The notes below the pieces were generated by a model that searched no databases, was not told the DNA's origin, and saw only the letters and a list, made by a program, of their open reading frames with translations. This document shows positions 1 through 9,458 of a stretch of 50,973 nt of DNA, piece by piece. Every line of letters starts with the position of its first letter. Within the stretch, counting starts at the first letter, position 1. A program made the translations under genes and the position numbers. This DNA comes from Acetobacteraceae bacterium (GTDB taxonomy: Bacteria; Pseudomonadota; Alphaproteobacteria; Acetobacterales; Acetobacteraceae), in assembly GCA_027365195.1 (NCBI GenBank), contig DAHXNW010000282.1, positions 1-50,973 on the forward strand, read 5' to 3'.

Positions 1-939
1 GCGCTTGGTGCTGCGAGCGTGGCGCAGATCAATCTGCCGGTCGCCGTGCTGGTCTGGCTGATGATCATCCCGATGCTGCTGAAGATCGATCTGGCGGCGC
101 TCGGCGAGGTGGGGCGCCACTGGCGCGGCATGGTGGCGACGGTCGGCGTCAACTGGCTGGTGAAACCCTTCTCGATGGCGTTCCTTGGCTGGCTGTTCAT
201 CGCCCATCTGTTTCGCCCGCTGCTGCCGGCCGGACAGGTCGAGAGCTATATCGCCGGGTTGATTCTGCTGGCGGCGGCGCCCTGCACGGCGATGGTGTTC
301 GTATGGTCGAACCTGGTGGAGGGCGAGCCGCATTTCACCCTCTCGCAGGTCGCACTCAACGATGCGATCATGATCCTCGCCTTCGCGCCGATCGTGGGCT
401 TGCTGCTCGGGTTATCGGCGATCAGCGTGCCGTGGGATACGCTGCTCCTTTCGGTGCTGCTCTACATCGTCGTCCCCGTCGTCGCAGCCCAGCTCTGGCG
501 GCGCGCGCTGCTCGCGAGTGGCGGGGAGGGCGCCTTGAAGCGCGCGCTGCGCCGGCTCTCGCCGCTCTCGCTGGTGGCGTTGCTGCTCACCCTGGTGCTG
601 CTGTTCGGCCTGCAAGGCGCCGAGATCGTCCGCCAGCCGGCGGTGATCGGCCTGCTCGCGGTGCCGATCGTGATCCAGGTCTATTGCAACGCCGGTCTCG
701 CCTATTGGCTGAACCGCCGGCTCGGCGTCGCCTGGTGCGTCGCCGGACCTTCGGCATTGATCGGGGCGAGCAACTTCTTCGAACTCGCGGTCGCGACGGC
801 GATCGCCTTGTTCGGCTTTCAGTCGGGGGCGGCGCTCGCCACCGTGGTCGGCGTGTTGGTGGAGGTGCCGGTGATGCTCTCTGTCGTGCAGATCGTGCGG
901 CGCTCGCGTGGCTGGTATGAACGCGGGATGCGGGCATGA
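1..939 (+). CDS. acr3: Arsenite efflux transporter, ACR3 family (5' end cut by window edge)
   Basis: The frame of ORF 19..939 stays open back to base 1. The product is polytopic and hydrophobic, with ACR3 hallmarks [17 protein letters not shown] and [22 protein letters not shown] overlap with the downstream arsH. Confidence 0.9.
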   Translation, partial: ALGAASVAQINLPVAVLVWLMIIPMLLKIDLAALGEVGRHWRGMVATVGVNWLVKPFSMAFLGWLFIAHLFRPLLPAGQVESYIAGLILLAAAPCTAMVFVWSNLVEGEPHFTLSQVALNDAIMILAFAPIVGLLLGLSAISVPWDTLLLSVLLYIVVPVVAAQLWRRALLASGGEGALKRALRRLSPLSLVALLLTLVLLFGLQGAEIVRQPAVIGLLAVPIVIQVYCNAGLAYWLNRRLGVAWCVAGPSALIGASNFFELAVATAIALFGFQSGAALATVVGVLVEVPVMLSVVQIVRRSRGWYERGMRA

Positions 940-1649
940 GGCTGCGCGTGCTGAGCGAGCCGGATCATCTGCCGGCGCTCGACCGGCGTTTCGTGCAGGC
1001 GCGGCCGGCGGCATCGCTCGGGGAGGATACGTCGCCGCCACGCATCCTGCTGCTGTATGGCTCGCTGCGGGCGCGCTCCTTCTCCCGCCTCGCCGTCGAG
1101 GAGGCGGCACGGCTGCTGCGGTTTTTCGGCGCCGAGACGCGCATCTTCGATCCTGCCGATCTGCCTTTGCCGGATCAGGTGAAGGGCGACGATCATCCCG
1201 CCGTCCATGAGCTGCGCGCCCTCTCGCTATGGTCCGAGGGGCAGGTGTGGTGCAGCCCGGAGCGTCATGGCCAGGTGAGCGGCATCCTGAAAGCGCAGAT
1301 CGATCATCTGCCGCTCGAGATCGGCGGCATACGTCCGACGCAGGGGCGCACCCTCGCCGTGATGCAGGTCTCGGGTGGTTCGCAATCCTTCAACGCGGTC
1401 AACACACTGCGCCTGCTCGGCCGGTGGATGCGCATGGTCACCATCCCCAACCAGTCGAGCATCCCCAGGGCCTATGAGGAATTCGACGAGGCCGGGCGGA
1501 TGCGTCCGTCTGCCTATTACGAGCGCATGGTGGATGTGATGGAGGAGCTGATCCGCTTCACCGTGCTGCTGCGCCCGCATACGGCGGCGCTGACCGACCG
1601 CTATTCGGAGCGAAAATCGGCCGGCGTGCCGAACATTGCCGCCATGTGA
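936..1649 (+). CDS. arsH: NADPH-dependent FMN reductase ArsH
   Basis: 237 aa. ArsH-type blocks are present: [40 protein letters not shown] and [25 protein letters not shown]. Start overlaps the acr3 stop (ATGA). Confidence 0.9.
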   Translation: MRLRVLSEPDHLPALDRRFVQARPAASLGEDTSPPRILLLYGSLRARSFSRLAVEEAARLLRFFGAETRIFDPADLPLPDQVKGDDHPAVHELRALSLWSEGQVWCSPERHGQVSGILKAQIDHLPLEIGGIRPTQGRTLAVMQVSGGSQSFNAVNTLRLLGRWMRMVTIPNQSSIPRAYEEFDEAGRMRPSAYYERMVDVMEELIRFTVLLRPHTAALTDRYSERKSAGVPNIAAM

Positions 1650-1653
1650 CCGA

Positions 1654-2697
1654 TCAGCCGCGCGCGATCACCACCGTGGTGCAGGCGCTTTCCAGCTTCG
1701 GCAAATCACGCGCGGTGGCCATGTGCGGAATGATCCGCCGCGTCTCGCCGCGCAGCAGCGGACAATACGGGTCCGGTTGGTCGAGCTGGCCGAGTAGCCG
1801 GCGCCGGCCGGCGCAGCCGCCGTGGCAGGACTCACGGAATGCGCATGGCTCGCAGGCCGCCGGCAGCGAGCGTGCGGCGGCGAAGGGGGCGGTCTCGACG
1901 ATGCCGGCGCCGGCTTCGATCAGCGTCTCCAGCGGCGCGCCGGTCTCCGGCCAGTAGACGCAGGGCTGCACCCGTGCGCGCGGGCTCACCCGCACCGTCG
2001 AACGCCCGCAGCCGCCGCGCCGCGCCGGCAGCCCGGCCATCGCGCGCAGCAGCGGCTCGCCGATCGCGATCACGTCGGTCTGGGCCAGCAGCGTCTCGAA
2101 ACCGTGCCAATATTCCTCGTAATCGAGCGCATATTCATCGCTCTGCACCGATTGATAGACATTGATGCGCAGCGGTGCGTCATACTGCAGGGCGATGGCG
2201 GCGATCTCGGCCAGACGGTCGTAATTGCTCTTCATCATCACCGCGATGAAGGTGACACTCACACCGAGGCGGCGGCAGCGCGCCGCCTGTTGCTGCACCA
2301 GATCCCAATTGCCGGCGCCGCGCTGCGCGTCCTGCTCGGCGCGGGTCGGATAGTCGATGGAAAACTCCACATCGGCGAAGGCCGCCACCTCGGCATCGGC
2401 GAGCACCGCGATCGAATGGCCGTTCGAGGTGATGGTGAGCTTCACGTCGCGCCCACGCAGATAACCGAGCATGCTGGTGAATTCGGGGTGCATGCCGTTC
2501 TCGCCGGTGCCGAGATTGACCGAGCGCACCGGCAACGCCTGCATCACCCCGCTCACCTGTTCGAGGTTCAACCGGTCGGTCCGCGTGGGGTCGCGGTAGC
2601 AGAAGGCGCAGGCGAGGTTGCACTCGTTGGTCAGCCCGAGGCCGAGGGCGAAGCCTTCGGCGGCGGGCGGTAGCGGCTGGGTCTGGCTCGCCATCAT
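1654..2697 (-). CDS. Radical SAM protein with C-terminal SPASM-type Cys cluster
   Basis: 347 aa. N-terminal CxxxCxxC motif (TNECNLACAFCY). C-terminal Cys-rich segment (RVQPCVYW ... ACEPCAFRESCHGGCAGRR ... PDPYCPL) resembles a SPASM auxiliary Fe-S domain. Convergent with arsH and divergent from the selD fusion. Confidence 0.8.
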   Translation of the reverse strand: MMASQTQPLPPAAEGFALGLGLTNECNLACAFCYRDPTRTDRLNLEQVSGVMQALPVRSVNLGTGENGMHPEFTSMLGYLRGRDVKLTITSNGHSIAVLADAEVAAFADVEFSIDYPTRAEQDAQRGAGNWDLVQQQAARCRRLGVSVTFIAVMMKSNYDRLAEIAAIALQYDAPLRINVYQSVQSDEYALDYEEYWHGFETLLAQTDVIAIGEPLLRAMAGLPARRGGCGRSTVRVSPRARVQPCVYWPETGAPLETLIEAGAGIVETAPFAAARSLPAACEPCAFRESCHGGCAGRRRLLGQLDQPDPYCPLLRGETRRIIPHMATARDLPKLESACTTVVIARG

Positions 2698-2847
2698 CGG
2701 GCTCCTTGATCGATTGTGCGGTCATACCGCATTTTCCGCCCCTCGGATGCAAGGCCGTGTACTACTCCGCATCCAGATGGCCGGCTCGACCGTTGCTTGG
2801 TTGACGAAATCGCGGCGCCGCCCATTTCGGCTGAACAGGATCATCGC

Positions 2848-5193
2848 ATGCAGAGCAGCGCCTCGCCCGTCATCAAGGATGTTCTTCTGGTCGGCGCCGG
2901 GCATGCGAACGTCGCGGTGCTGCGCCGGTTCGGCATGCGGCCGATCCCCGGCGTGCGCCTCACTTTGCTCACGCGCGAGGCGCACACGCCCTATTCGGGC
3001 ATGCTGCCCGGGCTGGTCGCCGGCGCCTATGCGTTCGATGTGGCGCATATCGATGTCGGCCCGCTCTGCCGCTTCGCGGGGGCGCGGCTCTATCGCGACG
3101 AGGCGGTGGGGCTCGATCCGCATGGTCAGCGTCTGTTCTGCCGCGACCGCCCGCCGATCCCCTATGACGTGCTGGCGCTCGATATCGGCTCGCGGCCGAA
3201 CACCGGCCTGGTGCCGGGGGCCGAGGCGCATGCCATACCGGTCAAGCCGATCGATGGGTTTCTCGCCCGTTTCGAGGCGCTGCGCGAGCGGGTGCGCACG
3301 CGCAGCGGCGGCAGTCGGGTCGTGCTGGTGGGCGGCGGCGCCGGTGGGGTGGAATTGCTGCTCGCCGTGGAGCGCCGGCTGCGCGCCGATCTGAGCGAGG
3401 CCGGGCGGGATCCTGCGACACTCGTCTGCACGCTGATCGCCGGCGCTTCCGGCCTGCTGCCACGGTTTCCCCCCGCCTTTCGCGCCCGCTTCGCCGCCAT
3501 CCTCGCCGCGCGCGGCATCGCCGTGCTGGCCGGCGCGCGGGTGACGGCGGTGGAGGCGGACCGGCTGCATCTGCGTGATGGTGCCGGCGAGACGCAGAGC
3601 CTGCCGGCCGACGAGGTGCTCTGGACCACCCAGGCAGCGGCCAGCGGTTGGCTACGCGAGAGCGGCCTCGTGCTCGATGCCGAAGGTTTCATCGCCGTCG
3701 ATGCGCAGTTGCGCGCGAGCGGGCAGGAGGCGGTGTTCGCCGCCGGCGACACCGCGAGCTTTATGCCACGTGGCCTGCCGAAATCCGGCGTCTATGCGGT
3801 GCGCGCCGGCCCGGTGCTGGCCGGCAACATTCGCGCCCTGCTGACCGGGCGGAAGTTGCGCGCCTACCGGCCGCAGCGCGATGCGCTCTATATCGTCTCG
3901 ACCGGCGCCGGCAGCGCGGTCGCCACCCGCAACGGCTTCACCTTCGGCGGCGAGACGGCGGCCGGGCGGCTCGCGTGGCGGTGGAAGGATGCGATCGACC
4001 GGCGCTTCATGCGCCGTTTCAACGAACTGCCGGCGATGGGTGAACCCGCCGCCGGTCCTGCCTCGCCGCTCGCCGACAAGGCAGCGCTGCGTGACATCTC
4101 GGCGATCGCGATGCGCTGCGGCGGCTGTGGCGCCAAGGTGGGGGCGACAGTGCTCAGCCGCGCCCTCGGCCAGATCGTGCCGCTGGCGCGCGAGGAAGTG
4201 ATCGTCGGGCTCGACGCGCCGGACGATGCCGCCGTGGTCGATACTGGCGGGCCGCGCTTCTCGGTGCAGAGCGTCGATTATTTCCGCGCCATCGTGGATG
4301 ACCCCTACCGCTTCGGCCAGATCGCCGCCAACCATGCGCTCGGCGATCTGTTCGCCATGGGGGCGGAGCCGCAAACCGCATTGGCCATCGTCACCGTGCC
4401 GTATGGGCTGGAGGCCAAGGTGGAGGCCGATCTCTCGGCGATGATGGCGGGCGCCAATGCGATGCTGCGCGAGGCCGGCTGCGCGCTGGTCGGCGGCCAT
4501 ACCAGCGAGGGGGCGGAACTCTCGCTCGGCTTCGCGGTGAACGGGCTGGTGGATCGCGCGCTGGTGCTGCGCAAGGGCGGCATGCGGCCCGGCGACGTGC
4601 TGATCGTGAGCAAGCCGATCGGCACCGGCACGCTGCTCGCCGCCGATATGCGCGGGCTTGCCAAGGCGCGCTGGGTGCTCGGCGCGATCGACCACATGAT
4701 CGTCTCCAACCGTGCCGCCGGCGCGGTGTTCGCCCGGCATGGCGCGCGTGCGGCGACCGATGTGACCGGCTTTGGCTTGCTCGGCCATCTGGTCGAGATG
4801 ACGCGCGCGAGCGGGGTGGACGCGCGGCTGTTCCTCGACCGCATTCCCCTGCTCGACGGTGCCGCGGAGTGCGTGGCGCGCGGTGTGTTCTCCTCGCTGC
4901 AACCACAGAACGTGCGCCTGCGCCGCGCCATCCGCGATCTCGAACGGGCGAGCGCGCTGCCGCTCTATCCGCTGCTGTTCGACCCGCAGACTGCCGGCGG
5001 CCTGCTCGCCAGCGTGCCGGATACTGCGGCGGCGGCCTGCCTCGCGGATCTGCATGCCGCCGGCTATGCGCGGGCGGCGATCATCGGCGCGGTGGATGCG
5101 GGCGGCGATGATCTGTCGCCGATCACCCTGCTGGCGCACGCACCGCCCGTTTCCCCCCCGCAGGTCGCGACGATCGAGCATACCCTCGCATGA
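2848..5193 (+). CDS. selD: Fusion protein: FAD/NAD(P) pyridine-nucleotide-disulfide oxidoreductase (NADH dehydrogenase-like) fused to selenide, water dikinase SelD
   Basis: The N-terminal half has Rossmann motifs (VLLVGAGHANV, VVLVGGGAGGVELL, FAAGDTAS). The C-terminal half is SelD/AIR-synthase-like (RCGGCGAKVG with the Cys and Lys of the SelD glycine-rich loop, DAAVVD, DFFxxIVDDPY-like DYFRAIVDDPYRFGQIAANHALGDLFAMGA, ATDVTGFGLLGHL). The start is placed at ATG 2848 (MQSSASPVIKDVLLVGAGH); the track ORF begins upstream at 2716. Confidence 0.85.
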   Translation: MQSSASPVIKDVLLVGAGHANVAVLRRFGMRPIPGVRLTLLTREAHTPYSGMLPGLVAGAYAFDVAHIDVGPLCRFAGARLYRDEAVGLDPHGQRLFCRDRPPIPYDVLALDIGSRPNTGLVPGAEAHAIPVKPIDGFLARFEALRERVRTRSGGSRVVLVGGGAGGVELLLAVERRLRADLSEAGRDPATLVCTLIAGASGLLPRFPPAFRARFAAILAARGIAVLAGARVTAVEADRLHLRDGAGETQSLPADEVLWTTQAAASGWLRESGLVLDAEGFIAVDAQLRASGQEAVFAAGDTASFMPRGLPKSGVYAVRAGPVLAGNIRALLTGRKLRAYRPQRDALYIVSTGAGSAVATRNGFTFGGETAAGRLAWRWKDAIDRRFMRRFNELPAMGEPAAGPASPLADKAALRDISAIAMRCGGCGAKVGATVLSRALGQIVPLAREEVIVGLDAPDDAAVVDTGGPRFSVQSVDYFRAIVDDPYRFGQIAANHALGDLFAMGAEPQTALAIVTVPYGLEAKVEADLSAMMAGANAMLREAGCALVGGHTSEGAELSLGFAVNGLVDRALVLRKGGMRPGDVLIVSKPIGTGTLLAADMRGLAKARWVLGAIDHMIVSNRAAGAVFARHGARAATDVTGFGLLGHLVEMTRASGVDARLFLDRIPLLDGAAECVARGVFSSLQPQNVRLRRAIRDLERASALPLYPLLFDPQTAGGLLASVPDTAAAACLADLHAAGYARAAIIGAVDAGGDDLSPITLLAHAPPVSPPQVATIEHTLA

Positions 5194-5972
5194 CCCCCGA
5201 TGATGGCGCCTCCATGCCTCGCCTGCCCGCGACGGCGGATGACCATGCGCGCAGCGGTGTCTGCGCCATCGCGGTGATGGCGAAGGCGCCGGTTGCCGGG
5301 CGCAACAAGACGCGGCTGCATCCAGCCGTCTCCCCGGAGGCGGCGACGCGGCTGCACGCCGCCTTCCTGCGCGACATCACCGCGACCATCCGCCACGCCG
5401 GCGAGTGTACGCCGATCGAGGGCTTCGTCGCCTATGCGCCGGCCGGCAGCGAGGCGCTGTTCGACGGCTGCGTGGCCGGCGGCACGCAGTTGCAATGCGC
5501 TGATGGGGAAACACCGGCGGCGCCGGGTGTCGAAGGTTTCGGCCGGTGTCTGCTGCATGCGGTGCGCGGGCTGCTGGCACGCGGCTATGGCATGGTCTGT
5601 CTGGTGAATGCCGATAGCCCGACCTTGCCCACCAGCCGGTTGCAGCAGGCGGTCGCGGCCCTCGCGCGCCCCGGCGACCGGATGGTGCTCGGCCCGGCGG
5701 AGGATGGCGGCTATTATCTCATCGGGCTGAAGCGCGCGCATGCGGCGGTATTCGCCGGCATCGATTGGAGCAGCGAAGCGGTGACGCGGCAGACGCTCGA
5801 GCGTGCCGCCACGATCGGGCTGCCGGTGACGTTGCTCGCCGAATGGTACGACGTGGACAGCCCGGCCAGCTTGCAGCGGCTGCGCCAGGATCTGGCGGAC
5901 CCGGCGATCGCCCGCCGCGCGCCGGCCTCGGCCGCCTGCCTGAGCGATCTGGGCCTCATCACGGAGGATTGA
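5190..5972 (+). CDS. DUF2064 / CofC-like nucleotidyl- or glycosyl-transferase family protein (TIGR04282-like, rSAM/selenodomain-associated transferase)
   Basis: 260 aa. Carries motifs I recall for DUF2064: AVMAKAPVAGRNKTRL, NADSPTLP, EDGGYYLIGL. ATGA overlap with the selD fusion stop. Family assignment is motif-level only and needs an HMM search. Confidence 0.6.
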   Translation: MTPDDGASMPRLPATADDHARSGVCAIAVMAKAPVAGRNKTRLHPAVSPEAATRLHAAFLRDITATIRHAGECTPIEGFVAYAPAGSEALFDGCVAGGTQLQCADGETPAAPGVEGFGRCLLHAVRGLLARGYGMVCLVNADSPTLPTSRLQQAVAALARPGDRMVLGPAEDGGYYLIGLKRAHAAVFAGIDWSSEAVTRQTLERAATIGLPVTLLAEWYDVDSPASLQRLRQDLADPAIARRAPASAACLSDLGLITED

Positions 5973-6483
5973 TCTCCCGCGCGGCGGCCTCCACCAGGGC
6001 GATGGCCTTCGCCAGGGTTGCGGCCTTGCTGCCGCTGATATCGAGTTGCAAAGGGCGTTCTTCCTCGCCGGGCGGCTCGAGTGTGGCGAACTGGCTGTCG
6101 AGCAGGCTCGTCGGCATGAAATGGCCATGCCGCGCCGCCATGCGCCCGGCGATCAGCGTCTGGCTCCCGTACGGATAGAGCAGGCGAACCCCCGGCTTGC
6201 CGCCGATCACCTGCGCGCGATAGGCGCGCTTGAGCAGCGAGCAGGTGATCACCCCATTGGCCTCGCCGCCCTCCGCCAGTCGCGCGTCGATCCAGCCGGC
6301 GATGGCGCGGAGCCAGGGGGCGCGATCGGCATCGGTGAGCGGCTCGCCGGCGTGCATCTTGGCGACATTGGCCGGCGGATGCAGATCGTCGCCCTCCTGG
6401 AACGGCCAGCCGAAATGCTCGGCGATGGCGCGCGCGATGGTGCTCTTGCCGCTGCCCGAGACGCCCATGACGGCGACGATCAT
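5959..6483 (-). CDS. gntK: Gluconokinase
   Basis: 174 aa from the internal ATG of track ORF 5959..6807. P-loop MIVAVMGVSGSGKSTIA and GntK blocks GDDLHPPANVAKM, ITCSLLKRAYR, HFMPTSLLDSQFATLE. Start overlaps the rpiA stop (ATGA). Confidence 0.85.
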   Translation of the reverse strand: MIVAVMGVSGSGKSTIARAIAEHFGWPFQEGDDLHPPANVAKMHAGEPLTDADRAPWLRAIAGWIDARLAEGGEANGVITCSLLKRAYRAQVIGGKPGVRLLYPYGSQTLIAGRMAARHGHFMPTSLLDSQFATLEPPGEEERPLQLDISGSKAATLAKAIALVEAAAREINPP

Positions 6484-7196
6484 TGTCCGCCCGGGCGCTG
6501 GAGACGGCGCACGCCGGCTGCGTCGGCGAGCAGCACGGTCTCCGCGCGGCCGATGAACAGCCCGGTTTCCACCACGCCGACGAGTGCGCGCAGAGCGCGG
6601 TCGAGCGTTGCCGGATCGGCGATCGGGCCGAAATCGCAATCCAGTATGGCGTGGCCGCCGTCGGTGACATAGGGCGCACCATCGGTGCCGAGGCGTCGGC
6701 GCACGCGGGCGCCAAGGTCCGCGATGCGCCGGCTCGGCAGTTCGATGCCGAAAGGCACGACTTCCACCGGCACCGGCAGGGCGAGTTGGCGGGCGAGTTT
6801 GGAGCAATCCACCATGATCATGAGCCGCGCACTGGCATCGGCGACGATTTTTTCGCGCAGCAGCGCCCCGCCCATCCCCTTGATCAGATCGAGGCTGCCT
6901 TCGGCCACCTGATCGGCGCCATCGATGGTGAGATCGAGACGCGGATGGGCGGCGAAATCGGTGAGCGGAATGCCGCCGGCGCGGGCCTGCGCGGCCGTGC
7001 GCTCCGAGGTCGGCACGGCGATGATGCGCAAGCCGGCGCGCACCCGGGCGGCAAGACTGTCGATAAGAAAAGCGGCGGTGGAGCCGGTGCCGAGGCCGAT
7101 CACCATGCCATCGCGCACCTCCGCCGCCGCCGCCTCGGCGGCCGCCCGCTTCATCGCGTCCTGCGCTTCTGCTCCGGCCAAGCCAGCCTCCCTCAA
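6480..7196 (-). CDS. rpiA: Ribose-5-phosphate isomerase A
   Basis: 238 aa. RpiA blocks GLGTGSTAAFLIDSL, DLTIDGADQV, LIKGMGGALLREKIV, VTDGGHAILD. Confidence 0.9.
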   Translation of the reverse strand: MREAGLAGAEAQDAMKRAAAEAAAAEVRDGMVIGLGTGSTAAFLIDSLAARVRAGLRIIAVPTSERTAAQARAGGIPLTDFAAHPRLDLTIDGADQVAEGSLDLIKGMGGALLREKIVADASARLMIMVDCSKLARQLALPVPVEVVPFGIELPSRRIADLGARVRRRLGTDGAPYVTDGGHAILDCDFGPIADPATLDRALRALVGVVETGLFIGRAETVLLADAAGVRRLQRPGGQ

Positions 7197-7399
7197 TTCC
7201 CCATCGCCTTGCCCCCCATCGCTTTGGGAGTCAAGCCGGGGTCCCCCCGCAAGCGGCGCCTGCGTATTGCGGAAGCTTCATGATGCAAAATGAACGGATC
7301 CGGGTTAGAAGCGTTGTGTCGAGCAGCCCGTTGACTTAGGCAGGGCGGCGTGCGTGCCACTGGTACGGCCACCTAATGACATTATCCAGGGAGTGACTA

Positions 7400-9433
7400 A
7401 TGGACCACCCCGCCGCCGCCGATCTTGATATGCTTTGCATCAATACCATCCGGACCCTCTCGATCGATGCGGTGCAGCAGGCGAATTCCGGCCATCCGGG
7501 AACGCCGATGGGCATGGCGCCGGTGGTCTACACGCTCTGGCAGCGGCATCTCAATTACGATCCGGCGGATCCGGCGTGGCCGGCGCGCGATCGCTTCGTG
7601 CTCTCGGCCGGGCATGCCTCCATGCTGCTCTATTCGATGCTGCATCTGACCGGCGTTGCCGGCGGCATTTCGCTCGACGACATCAAGCAGTTTCGCCAGC
7701 TCGGCAGCAAATGCCCGGGCCATCCCGAGCATGGCCACACGGCGGCGGGGATCGAGACCACGACCGGCCCACTCGGCCAGGGAGTGGCGAACAGCGTCGG
7801 CATGGCGATCGCGCAGCGCTGGCTCGCCAACCGCTACGACCGGCCGGGGCAGGGCTTGTTCGACTATCGCATCTATGCGCTCTGCGGCGATGGCGACATG
7901 ATGGAGGGGATCTCCTCCGAGGCGGCCTCGCTCGCCGCGCATCAGAAGCTCGGTAATCTCTGCTGGATCTATGACAGCAATCGCATCAGCATCGAGGGGC
8001 ATACCGATCTCGCCTTCAGCGAGGATGTCGCGGCCCGCTTTCGTGCCTATGGCTGGCATGTCGTCACATTGCCCGATGCGAACGATACCGCAGCCCTCGA
8101 TGCCGAACTCAAAAGCTTCGCCGCCGGCCGCGATCGGCCGACGATGATCGTCGTGCACAGTTTCATCGGCTATGGCGCGCCGAACAAGCAGGATACCGCG
8201 GCGGCGCATGGCGAGGCGCTCGGCGTCGAGGAAGTGAAGCTTGCCAAGCGCGCCTACGGCTGGCCGGAGGATGCGCATTTCCTGGTGCCGCCCGGTGTGT
8301 ACGAGCATTTCAAACAGGGCATCGGCGCCCGTGGCGCCCGTCTGCATGCCGCTTGGCGTGAGCGTCTCGCGGCGTTCCGCCGCGAGAATGCGGCACTCGC
8401 CGATGAAATTTCCATGATCGTCGAACACCGTCTGCCGCAGGGCTGGCAGAACGCCATCCCGAGCTTCCCGGCCGACGCCAAGGGGATCGCCAGCCGTGAT
8501 TCTTCCGGCAAGGTACTGAATGCGGTCGCCGCGGCAATCCCCTGGATGGTCGGCGGTGCGGCGGACCTCGCGCCCTCGACCAAGACCAATCTGACATTCG
8601 AGGGTGCCGGCTCGATGCAGGCGGCGACGCCGGGCGGGCGGAACATGCATTTCGGCGTACGCGAGCACGCGATGGGCGCCATCTGCAACGGCATGGCGGT
8701 CTCCGGGCTGCGCAGCTTCGGCGCCGGCTTCCTGATTTTCAGCGACTACATGAAGCCCTCGATCCGCCTCTCCGCGCTGATGGAACTCCCGGTGGTGTGG
8801 GTGTTCACCCATGATTCCATCGGCGTCGGCGAGGATGGACCGACGCATCAGCCGATCGAGCAACTGATCGGCCTGCGCGCCATCCCCGGCCTGCTGACGA
8901 TCCGCCCCGCCGATGCGAATGAAGTGGCCGAGGCGTGGCGCGTGACGCTCGCGCATAACCGTCCGACCTGCCTCATCCTCTCGCGCCAAGCGCTGCCCAC
9001 GGTCGATCGCAGTCGGTTCCATGCGGCGAGCGGCCTGGCACGCGGCGCCTATGTGCTGGGCGATTCGAGTGGCGGCGAGCCGCAGGTGATCTTGATGGGC
9101 ACTGGCAGCGAGGTGCATCTGTGCGTCGAGGCACAGGAGGTGCTGGCGAAGGAGGGCGTGCGCAGCCGCGTGGTGTCGATGCCGAGCTGGGAGTTGTTCG
9201 AGCAGCAGGATGCGGCGTATCGCGAGTCCGTATTGCCTGAGTCGTGCCGGGCGCGGGTTGCGGTCGAGGCCGGCTCGCCGCTCGGCTGGGATCGCTACGC
9301 GGGCAGCGGCGGGGCGATCATCGCGATGCGCAGCTTCGGCGCTTCCGCACCGCTCAAGGCGCTGCTGCCGCATTTCGGCTTCACCACCGAGGCAGTGGTG
9401 GCGGCCGCGCGCGCGCAGTTGGCGCGCCGTTGA
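7400..9433 (+). CDS. tkt: Transketolase
   Basis: 677 aa. Tkt blocks NSGHPGTPMG, DRFVLSAGHASMLLYS, GPLGQGVANSVGMA, GDGDMMEGIS, HDSIGVGEDGPTHQPIE. GGGAG Shine-Dalgarno just upstream of the ATG. Confidence 0.95.
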   Translation: MDHPAAADLDMLCINTIRTLSIDAVQQANSGHPGTPMGMAPVVYTLWQRHLNYDPADPAWPARDRFVLSAGHASMLLYSMLHLTGVAGGISLDDIKQFRQLGSKCPGHPEHGHTAAGIETTTGPLGQGVANSVGMAIAQRWLANRYDRPGQGLFDYRIYALCGDGDMMEGISSEAASLAAHQKLGNLCWIYDSNRISIEGHTDLAFSEDVAARFRAYGWHVVTLPDANDTAALDAELKSFAAGRDRPTMIVVHSFIGYGAPNKQDTAAAHGEALGVEEVKLAKRAYGWPEDAHFLVPPGVYEHFKQGIGARGARLHAAWRERLAAFRRENAALADEISMIVEHRLPQGWQNAIPSFPADAKGIASRDSSGKVLNAVAAAIPWMVGGAADLAPSTKTNLTFEGAGSMQAATPGGRNMHFGVREHAMGAICNGMAVSGLRSFGAGFLIFSDYMKPSIRLSALMELPVVWVFTHDSIGVGEDGPTHQPIEQLIGLRAIPGLLTIRPADANEVAEAWRVTLAHNRPTCLILSRQALPTVDRSRFHAASGLARGAYVLGDSSGGEPQVILMGTGSEVHLCVEAQEVLAKEGVRSRVVSMPSWELFEQQDAAYRESVLPESCRARVAVEAGSPLGWDRYAGSGGAIIAMRSFGASAPLKALLPHFGFTTEAVVAAARAQLARR

Positions 9434-9458
9434 ATTTCATCGAAGCAGTGAGGATCGC

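Noticed and set aside
1500-1656. Possibility that the TGA ending the radical SAM gene (1654-1656) is a selenocysteine codon, given the SelD neighbour and Sec-containing ArsS-type enzymes
   Set aside because: The SPASM-like Cys cluster is complete before the stop. Read-through would run antisense into arsH coding sequence, giving featureless sequence ([12 protein letters not shown]...), and I saw no SECIS-like hairpin downstream. No support.
3652-5181. 509-aa minus-strand ORF
   Set aside because: Antisense shadow of the SelD half of the fusion gene.
7197-7399. Divergent rpiA/tkt intergenic region: TTGACT hexamer near 7332 as a promoter -35 element
   Set aside because: No acceptable -10 hexamer lies at 16-19 nt spacing. 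The evidence is too weak to call a promoter.
7397-9373. 658-aa minus-strand ORF
   Set aside because: Antisense shadow of transketolase. No recognisable domains and an R/A/G/H-rich composition.
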